IMG/VR virus record: IMGVR_UViG_3300036771_000101
Coordinates: 1 to 64,000 of that record
Origin: a virus
Reading direction: 5' to 3' (one strand)
Length of the DNA stretch: 64,000 bases
Under the pieces are notes generated by a model, which made no database searches, was not told where the DNA came from, and worked only from the letters and a program-made list of their open reading frames with translations. A program made the translations under genes and the position numbers. Shown piece by piece: positions 1-6,740 of this stretch; the stretch's first letter is position 1; every line of letters begins with the position of its first letter.

Positions 1-141
1 ATGGCTGAGGTGTTGGAGGCGGCGAAGAACCCGCCGAATCTGGCTCCGTACAAGATCCTGCCGGATGGTGATGGGTTCAAGGTCGTGAACAACAAGGGCG
101 AGACGAAGGCCCGGTTCAAGACGAGCGTCGTAGGAGGTTGA
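1..141 (+). CDS. small ORF or 3' end of an upstream head gene (46 aa visible)
   Basis: Open frame MAEVLEAAKNPPNLAPYKIL...VVGG* with GC3-rich codons; at the window edge, so may be truncated. Confidence 0.4.
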   Translation: MAEVLEAAKNPPNLAPYKILPDGDGFKVVNNKGETKARFKTSVVGG

Positions 142-142
142 C

Positions 143-982
143 GTGGCCGGGAAGGCTCCGCCGATGACGAAGAAGCCGCATCCGTTTGCCAACAAGACGG
201 ATAAGAACGGCGACAACTGCGACACCTGCGGGGAACCCGCTGGCGACGCCATGCACAAGATGTACAACAACATGAACGACGGTCTCTCAGATTCGTCTGG
301 GGGTCGCGCCGATGGCAGGGACGTGAACGCTTTGCGGTCACTTCACGACCGGCTTCTCGCTGAGCGACCCGAAGGGGCCGAGCACGACGAGGACGCCTGC
401 GTGTTCTGTGGGTCCAATGACGATGATCTGGGAGGAGGTTGGATGGCGACCTTCACGGACGAGGAACTCCAGGCTGCGGTTGATGCTGCAGTGGCGGATG
501 CGACCTCTCCGCTCAAGGACCGGATCGCCGAGCTTGAGACCACCGCGCAGCAGGGCGAGTGGGAGCAGGCGAAGGCGGATCTGGAGGCGCGTGTCACCGA
601 GCTCGAAGCCAAGCTCGATGCTGCTGTTCTGGAAGCCACTCAGGCGAAGGAAGAGCGGGATCAGCTGCAGGCCGACTGGGACGCCGAGAAGGCGTCGGTC
701 GAAGAGGCCAAGACGGTGGCGGCACGTCGCGACGAACGTCTCCAGAAGGTTCGGGAGGTTGCCAGCTTCCCCGACGCCTATCTGGAGCAGAACGCTGATC
801 GTTTCGCGGCGATGAGCGACGACGACTTCAACGCTCGTCTGGAGGAGTGGACGGCCATTTCGAAGCCTGCGGCTTCGGGTGGCATCCCGAAGACGACGGC
901 CCTGACCGCTTCTCTCCAGGATGATTCCAGTGCGCTGGATCTCCTGCGGGAGTTCCAAACGTCCGATCCTCGGACCCTGTAA
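143..982 (+). CDS. capsid scaffolding protein (alternative in-frame starts at 323 and 443)
   Basis: Long acidic coiled coil; lies just upstream of decoration and capsid genes; SD AGGAGG before 143 and GGAGGAGG before ATG 443. Confidence 0.7.
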   Translation: MAGKAPPMTKKPHPFANKTDKNGDNCDTCGEPAGDAMHKMYNNMNDGLSDSSGGRADGRDVNALRSLHDRLLAERPEGAEHDEDACVFCGSNDDDLGGGWMATFTDEELQAAVDAAVADATSPLKDRIAELETTAQQGEWEQAKADLEARVTELEAKLDAAVLEATQAKEERDQLQADWDAEKASVEEAKTVAARRDERLQKVREVASFPDAYLEQNADRFAAMSDDDFNARLEEWTAISKPAASGGIPKTTALTASLQDDSSALDLLREFQTSDPRTL

Positions 983-996
983 GGGAGGTGTAGCTA

Positions 997-1575
997 GTGG
1001 GAACTTACGGCCGGAATTTCGAGTTCCGTGTTCCGCCCGATGGCGGGATGCGTGGCGCTCGTTACGTACTGCCTGCGTCGGCTCCTGCTGACATTCCCAT
1101 CGGGGCTCCGGTGGTGGTGGCTGACGGGACGGCTCCGGATGAGATGGGGCGTCTCCCTGTCGCTCTGGCGACGGGGGCGCAGGCCCCGAAGAAGGGCATG
1201 TGCGGGATCGTGCTGTACGAGTGGGCACCGGCTGCGTTTGCTGGTGACGACCCGTACCTCGTGACTTTCGCCGACAAGGACAAGGTCCCTCGGGGCAACG
1301 CTTGTCAGGTCATTTCTGGTGACCCGATCAAGGTGGTGTTCACGAACACCCCGACGGATCGGCTCTTCCTCCACACCCGGCATTACGCCGGTCGGACGAT
1401 GGTGGCCGGGATGGGCGCCACACCCACGCTGGCGCCGGGAGACATGCTGACCCCTGGCGCTGGGGACGACTCGGGTGGGTACTGGGCGGAAACCGCGGTG
1501 GAAGCGGACGCCTGGCTGATCGTGGAAACTGTCGATGCGGCACGCGGTGAAGTCGAATGCCGCGTGAACTTCTGA
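997..1575 (+). CDS. head decoration / capsid cement protein
   Basis: Between scaffold and MCP; 192 aa beta-rich with the typical 'IPIGAPVV' and 'LAPGDMLT' pattern; SD GGGAGG. Confidence 0.6.
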   Translation: MGTYGRNFEFRVPPDGGMRGARYVLPASAPADIPIGAPVVVADGTAPDEMGRLPVALATGAQAPKKGMCGIVLYEWAPAAFAGDDPYLVTFADKDKVPRGNACQVISGDPIKVVFTNTPTDRLFLHTRHYAGRTMVAGMGATPTLAPGDMLTPGAGDDSGGYWAETAVEADAWLIVETVDAARGEVECRVNF

Positions 1576-1591
1576 AAGGAGGGGAGCACAC

Positions 1592-2581
1592 GTGAACTCG
1601 TCAATGGTTGATGGTAGGGGCCGGTCGACTGAAGAGCGGGCTGCCCTTCGAGCGAAGATCGACAAGCTCAACGCCGAGGCCCGCGACAACTGGGACAACC
1701 CGGCGTGGCGGAAGATGATGGCGCAGGAAACCACCGAAACGATCATGTGGGGGTTCGAACACGAGAACCTGCTGTCCATGATGACGACGGTGGAGAACGC
1801 CCCGTTCGACGGTCGGGTCCTCGTGAAGGAGACCCGGGGTCTGCGGGCGTTCTGGGTTGCTCGCGGTGGCTACATCGAGAGCTCCACGATCCACTCCGAG
1901 GTCATGGAAATGCCTCGGGACACGATCGGGTTCCACGTCTACGAGTTCGAAGACAAGCTGCGGGTGAACTTCGCTGAGACCCAGACGACGCTGATCGATC
2001 TGGCGCAGCAGCGGATGGACGCCGAGGTGAACCTGCGGGTCATCCGTGGGTTCCAGGCCGCGATTCCTTCGACGTCGTCGTCGTACATCACCGGGGCGGG
2101 TCTTTCGCTGGCGGCGTTGAACACGGCGATCCGTGGCGTGGCCGACGCGACCTACGAGCAGGGTTCGATCGCCATCGTTGGTCGGCGCACGATGCTGGAC
2201 CAGATCATGGATCAGCTGACCGGGCCGAACACGTTCGGTGGGTTCATCCCGCAGACGAACGAAGACATCCTCCGCCGTGGAATTCTCGGCACGTATCGGG
2301 GCGCGAACCTGATCCAGCTGAAAAATTTCAAGGACGACGTCGATGTTCCGTTCTTCCCGGCGAACGAGCTCTATGTGCTCGGCGTCGACGCTTCGAAGTT
2401 TGCTTTCTTCGGTGGTCTCCTCTCCAAGGAGTGGAGCGAGGAAGAGAACTGGTATTGGCACTATCTCGCTCGCCGAGATTGTGGAATGGTCATCCACAGA
2501 CCTGAAAGGGCTCGGCGGATCGTGGACACGTCGATCAGCCCGACGGCTGGTTCCGGCGGTGGGGAGTGGACTCTCCCGTAG
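1592..2581 (+). CDS. major capsid protein (HK97 fold)
   Basis: 329 aa, strong SD and codon bias, synteny, C-terminal 'ARRDCGMVIHRPERARRI' resembling HK97-type MCP ends, followed by a terminator. Confidence 0.8.
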   Translation: MNSSMVDGRGRSTEERAALRAKIDKLNAEARDNWDNPAWRKMMAQETTETIMWGFEHENLLSMMTTVENAPFDGRVLVKETRGLRAFWVARGGYIESSTIHSEVMEMPRDTIGFHVYEFEDKLRVNFAETQTTLIDLAQQRMDAEVNLRVIRGFQAAIPSTSSSYITGAGLSLAALNTAIRGVADATYEQGSIAIVGRRTMLDQIMDQLTGPNTFGGFIPQTNEDILRRGILGTYRGANLIQLKNFKDDVDVPFFPANELYVLGVDASKFAFFGGLLSKEWSEEENWYWHYLARRDCGMVIHRPERARRIVDTSISPTAGSGGGEWTLP

Positions 2582-2603
2582 CCCCCTGAGCGAGTTCCAC
2601 TGA

Positions 2604-2635
2604 GAGAAGGCCCCCGTTTCGGCGGGGGCCTTCTC
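2604..2635. terminator. hairpin terminator after MCP, possibly bidirectional
   Basis: Perfect 13-bp inverted repeat GAGAAGGCCCCCG-tttcgg-CGGGGGCCTTCTC. Confidence 0.8.
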
Positions 2636-2704
2636 ATTCCTGGACGATCGACAGCGGATCTGGCAGGATCGACTCAACGCCGGTTGTATGACGGCTAGAC
2701 GATT

Positions 2705-3700
2705 CGACTGCTCGGCCCATGCCGTTCCATTGCCACTCCGGTCCCCACGATCCCGCCCGCTTCCGACTACGCGTCTCTCCCCAAGTCGATCCCGCCCGGC
2801 GACTTCTCACCGCATCCCTCGGCTTGCCATGCCTGGTCCGACTTCGCTTCTCAGCGCGTGTCTCCTCATTCCGAATCCACGACTTGTCGAGCCATACCCG
2901 GCCCACCCGACTGGTCAGATCAACACGTGCCCCTGCGGACCAAGCCGACTACTCACGTCCTCGCGTCCCAGTCCGAATCCGGCCCGACAGCCCAAGCCCA
3001 CCCGGCTCCACTCTGCCCGCGCCGCTCCGACTGGTCCACTCTGGTCACCACCTCGCGACTCCGGCCAACTCAACCCGACCGCTCTTCTCACCTCTCGACC
3101 GACTCCTCCCGGGCCAATCGACCACCCAATCCGGCACTGTCCATGTCGGTTCTCCTCAGCCCGGCGACTACTCGACACGTCTCCGCTCCACCCTTCCCGT
3201 GCCGCTCCACTGCGACTACTCGTTCCGTTGCACCTCCCAGCGGACCCGACCAATCCGACTTCTCGCCTCACCGCGTCTCGTGCCGCCGCCTACCGTCCCC
3301 ATCGACTGCTCAAGGCATCCCGAAACAACCCCTCACCGGCCCGGCCTCGCCATCCCATCCCGACTACCCCGTCCCGTCCCGACCCATCCAGGCCAACGAC
3401 TTCGCGCAACATCGCGTCTCGACTCGCCCCCGCCCGTCTCCACGACTACCCAGCACAGCCAAACCCATCCCCGACTACCCAGCCCAGCCCGAGTCGACAC
3501 GACTGGTCAACTCTGGTCCGCCCTACCCGGCCCGCCTCTTCCCCAGCCCCGACTGCCCATCGCACAACAGATCTGCTCCCGTCAGCACTCTCCTGGTCGC
3601 TTCCGACTCAGCTGCTCCGCTCCGCTCACACCATGTCGCAGCAGGCCCTGCCCGACTGCTCACCGCGAGGCGGCTCAACCCAACGCATGCGACTGGACGC
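2705..3700 (-). repeat. non-coding array of ~25 units, each CGACTNNN plus phased CNNSY pentamers; candidate guide-RNA array
   Basis: Anchors at 2705, 2764, 2800, 2839, 2880, 2908, 2946, 2985, 3028, 3076, 3100, 3119, 3165, 3213, 3256, 3303, 3361, 3397, 3443, 3472, 3500, 3550, 3604, 3653, 3690; a C falls every 5 nt within units. The strand is inferred. Confidence 0.85.
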
Positions 3701-3741
3701 GTCGCCGCCCCCCGAGCGCTTGGCTTGCAGGGGGCGGCGAC
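3701..3741. other. stem-loop bounding the right end of the array
   Basis: 12-bp inverted repeat GTCGCCGCCCCC (3701-3712) / GGGGGCGGCGAC (3730-3741). Confidence 0.7.
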
Positions 3742-4096
3742 TAGAGCGCTTGTCATGCGCGGATCCGATTGCTACCCGGCAGGGGGCTGCGGATAAGCCA
3801 GGCAATAAGGATCGCATCGGCGAGTTCTGTCCGATGCAATTTTCCCTGGAACGACTGTTTCGACGCGAAACAGGCTCTGACCTGCTGGAACTCCCAGAAG
3901 AAAGTTTGGCGGGTCTATATGGTCACTGGAATCTTCGAGGGGGAATCTGCGGGCTTGTCGGTCATTGATCGGCGACACAATCCGTCGGCGACGCGAAAGT
4001 GCTGGTCAGAGCGTTGCGTTTCTACGCTCCTCATATGCCGTGGAGGGTGTCACGCCTCTAACACCTCAATCATCCGCAACAAGCGGAATGGTCGTG

Positions 4097-4594
4097 TCAG
4101 CGAGGAGTGACCGGATTGACCTTCCGCATCCCCTGCTCGTCGGTCTCGATGTGGTCCGGGTTGACCTTCTCCGCGACCTGAGCCAGTCGACCCTTGAGGA
4201 CTTCCATCTGCCGCATCGTCACGTCATGACCGGGGGCGATCTCGATCAGCCGGTTCAGCAGCGCCGGGTTCGAAATCGTCTCGACCCGCTTCGTGAACGT
4301 GCGGATCTGCGTCCGGAACAGGCTGGGAAGCTGGGCGTCCGACAGATGATTCGGGTTGTCGGTCACCTCAGGTTCGGTGTCCTCGGGCAGATTGATCGGC
4401 TGCAACATCCCGTTGGAGAACACGTCCAGCTTCGGGTCGGCAGCCATGTTCTGGTTCATCCGCCGATCTTCGGGTGAGATCGAGAAGGTCCGCATCCCGG
4501 TGATGAGTTCGTGGCGGGGCAGCCCGTTCGGGCCGTTGCGTAACACGACGATCTGGGCGTGCCCAGCGTTCTTCCACACCTCAACGATGTCCAT
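4097..4594 (-). CDS. hypothetical phage protein adjacent to the array
   Basis: 165-aa ORF with strong codon bias; preceded by the putative late-promoter motif GTCGAAAG. Confidence 0.8.
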   Translation of the reverse strand: MDIVEVWKNAGHAQIVVLRNGPNGLPRHELITGMRTFSISPEDRRMNQNMAADPKLDVFSNGMLQPINLPEDTEPEVTDNPNHLSDAQLPSLFRTQIRTFTKRVETISNPALLNRLIEIAPGHDVTMRQMEVLKGRLAQVAEKVNPDHIETDEQGMRKVNPVTPR

Positions 4595-4626
4595 AGCTTC
4601 CCTTTCGACTGATCAGTACGTGCATT

Positions 4627-4941
4627 TCAGTCGGCGGGCCACTCCAACGCAACCATGGCGTGGGCGATCTCGCGAACGGCCCGCTCAAGGTGGGTTCTGG
4701 GCGTGCAACCACTCTTACCCCAGGTCGGGTGGAGCTCCTCGGAGATCTGGTTCAAACAGTCGTTGAGGTAGGCGAGTCGCATGGAGAACCCGCTGCGCCC
4801 TTCGGCGGATCCGAACAGGGTCGCTTCGGTGACGGTGACGCTCTCTCCCATGTCGATGCCGATGACGAAGTGGCAGTCGATCTGATCCCCAGACTTGACG
4901 GTCATGGCTTTGGGGAGGCGGTAGGTCACGACAGGTTCCAC
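4627..4941 (-). CDS. hypothetical protein
   Basis: 104 aa, overlaps the upstream gene in a leftward operon. Confidence 0.65.
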   Translation of the reverse strand: MEPVVTYRLPKAMTVKSGDQIDCHFVIGIDMGESVTVTEATLFGSAEGRSGFSMRLAYLNDCLNQISEELHPTWGKSGCTPRTHLERAVREIAHAMVALEWPAD

Positions 4942-5252
4942 AGAGACTCCGATGTGATGAGGGGGGCGTCGAGTCGTTCGGCGACCGCTTGGGCGATCCG
5001 GTCAGCGAGACACTGGTTCGGGTCGAGGTTCGCTGCTCGTAGTACGTCTTCCTCGTAGATCGGTTCGACTCGTAGCCCGACTGTGTAGAGCAGGGCGGCG
5101 ATTTGCCGCGGATCTGCTCCGTGGTGGCGTGCGCTGTCCAGTACGCACCCCCAGTCCAACGCGGTGATCCTATTTCCCTTCAGTTGGAGAAGTCGAGTCC
5201 CGGGTTCTTCCTGAAGCCAGGCCAGGACGCTTGAGGCGTGGAGCAGGTTCAC
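4926..5252 (-). CDS. vapC: VapC-like PIN-domain protein with degenerate active site
   Basis: LLHASSVLAWLQEEPG...LADRIAQAVAERLDAPLITSESLW matches the VapC pattern xLDASAxLAxLxxEPG...LxDRxxxAxA...xxTxDxxW. Confidence 0.7.
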   Translation of the reverse strand: MNLLHASSVLAWLQEEPGTRLLQLKGNRITALDWGCVLDSARHHGADPRQIAALLYTVGLRVEPIYEEDVLRAANLDPNQCLADRIAQAVAERLDAPLITSESLWNLS

Positions 5253-5548
5253 TCGGGACCGTCGTTGTGTTGCAGGTCGTAGGCCCGCTGGAGCTTGAGC
5301 CAGACTTCGATTCCCGTCCCGAAAAGCAGGGCTAGTCCTCCGGCCAGGCGATCATCGACCCGGCCACCAGCGATGAACTCCATCCATTGCAGGTACTTGA
5401 TCCCAGCCATTCGTTGGAGCATCCGACCAGCCATGTCGGGGCTGATCTTCCGGGCCTCAAGTTCGTCTAGGACGTACTCGAATGGGTGGAATGTCTCGGC
5501 CGGGTCGGGCACGACATCATCGGCGGCAGGTACGGGCTCAGGATTCAT
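5249..5548 (-). CDS. higA: HigA-like (XRE-HTH) antitoxin
   Basis: HPFEYVLDELEAR...LALLFGTGIEVWLKLQRAYDL fits the HigA family pattern HPGE.L..EL...L...FG....W+.LQ..YDL. Confidence 0.7.
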   Translation of the reverse strand: MNPEPVPAADDVVPDPAETFHPFEYVLDELEARKISPDMAGRMLQRMAGIKYLQWMEFIAGGRVDDRLAGGLALLFGTGIEVWLKLQRAYDLQHNDGPE

Positions 5549-5726
5549 CGGTGCGCTTCCATTCCGAGGTCCAGAAGAACCGGCGACAGACCGGACAGCG
5601 ACGCTGCTTCTCGCCTCGTTCCGCCTTCCCCTCGGCGTAGTGGGCGTGGCCCAGATAGTTGCTGCCCCAGTCCATCGTGATGTGCTGGCATTCAGCTACA
5701 GAATCGGCGGGAAGTCGCTCAGTCAT
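5538..5726 (-). CDS. small Zn-finger protein
   Basis: C-x-H...H...CPVCRRFFW; coupled overlaps with both neighbours. Confidence 0.6.
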   Translation of the reverse strand: MTERLPADSVAECQHITMDWGSNYLGHAHYAEGKAERGEKQRRCPVCRRFFWTSEWKRTDES

Positions 5727-5965
5727 GGGGTCTGACGCTCGGCGATGAGCCGATCAGCCAGGGACGCGTCGACCTCGCGGAAGGCAGCGAGGAGCCGCTC
5801 ACGGGCGTTCCCCTCGTTGGTGAGGAAGATCCCACCCTCCACGACCTTCACTCCCATCATCGTGCCAGCGGAGATCCCCAGGAGGTCTCGCACGCTCTGG
5901 GGGATCACGATCCGTCCACGCTCGTCCACAACCGCCGACTTGTCCATACGTAGAGCATATCCCAC
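5723..5965 (-). CDS. vapB: AbrB/MazE/SpoVT-family DNA-binding protein (VapB-like antitoxin)
   Basis: VDERGRIVIPQSVRDLLGISAG motif and C-terminal SLADRLIAER typical of AbrB-type VapB. Confidence 0.8.
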   Translation of the reverse strand: MGYALRMDKSAVVDERGRIVIPQSVRDLLGISAGTMMGVKVVEGGIFLTNEGNARERLLAAFREVDASLADRLIAERQTP

Positions 5966-6002
5966 TCGGTCAAACCGGGGCTTGGAAGCGGGTGGTTTGT
6001 GT

Positions 6003-6010
6003 GCCGATGA
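6003..6010 (+). promoter_or_regulatory. putative late promoter -10 element (GCCGATGA), leaderless start at 6018
   Basis: The same motif at identical 7-nt spacing precedes start codons at 323, 6018 and 4594 (- strand). Confidence 0.45.
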
Positions 6011-6017
6011 CTAGTTC

Positions 6018-6404
6018 GTGCCGGTCAACGCAGAGTTACGCAGGAAGAACGAGGCTGGTGAGCTAGTCGATTTCGTCCTCGTTGACGACGTCGAGAACCC
6101 GGACACGGGGCTGGCGGATCCCTCGATCGACTACGGAGCTCGCAGCCGACTCGACACGGTCGTTGCGCGACTCGAAAGTCTCCTGGAGACCCTCGCCGAC
6201 GTCCTGACGAACACGCAGCTTCGTGCCACCCCGATCAACGTCGCCGACGTCAACGGGCTCGTCCCGAAGCAGTTCGACGGGATGACCATGACCTACTCCG
6301 ACGGCAACGTCGCGACGGTCGCCTACAAGCAGGGCGGCACGACCGTTGCAACTCTGACGTTCGGGTACACGGGGGATGACCTCACGTCGGTGAGTCGAAC
6401 CTGA
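6018..6404 (+). CDS. putative virion protein
   Basis: 128 aa; C-terminal 'TVAYKQGGTTVATLTFGY...LTSVSR' typical of small phage structural proteins. Confidence 0.7.
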   Translation: MPVNAELRRKNEAGELVDFVLVDDVENPDTGLADPSIDYGARSRLDTVVARLESLLETLADVLTNTQLRATPINVADVNGLVPKQFDGMTMTYSDGNVATVAYKQGGTTVATLTFGYTGDDLTSVSRT

Positions 6405-6405
6405 C

Positions 6406-6732
6406 ATGCCGATCAAGCTGAACCCTTTCACGGGTGAGCTCCAAGAGGTTGGGGTTGGAGCGATGGGGCCACCCGGCCCCCAGGGTCCACAGGGAGACCA
6501 GGGACCACCCGGTGCCATCGGAGGGACCTACCGACACGTCCAGGGGACCCCCGCCTCGACGTGGATCGTCAACCACAACCTGGACTACTACCCCGGCGGC
6601 ATCGCGGTGCGGGACTCCGGCGGGGATCTCCACGAAGGCTACGTCGAGTACCTCGATATCAACACGCTGCAGATCTCATTTTTTGTTGCAGGAGCACCGG
6701 TCGCATTTTCCGGTGAAGCCTTTGTGAGCTAG
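6406..6732 (+). CDS. virion protein with short collagen-like repeat
   Basis: GPPGPQGPQGDQGPPG followed by 'HVQGTPASTWIVNHNL' domain. Confidence 0.75.
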   Translation: MPIKLNPFTGELQEVGVGAMGPPGPQGPQGDQGPPGAIGGTYRHVQGTPASTWIVNHNLDYYPGGIAVRDSGGDLHEGYVEYLDINTLQISFFVAGAPVAFSGEAFVS

Positions 6733-6740
6733 GAGGACAC

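Noticed and set aside
2705-3700. Canonical CRISPR array
   Set aside because: The constant part is only 5-8 nt, unit lengths vary widely, the 'spacers' have internal periodicity, and no cas genes are seen.
2705-3700. TIGR-Tas array or replication iterons
   Set aside because: No fixed ~36-nt unit, no box C/D-like motifs, no Nop-domain gene; iterons would be near-identical copies.
2688-3968. Three long overlapping + strand ORFs (426, 341 and 312 aa)
   Set aside because: Pro/Arg/Ser-rich in all three frames, no SD or codon bias, and the DNA has period 5; the frames are open only because the C-rich array lacks stop codons.
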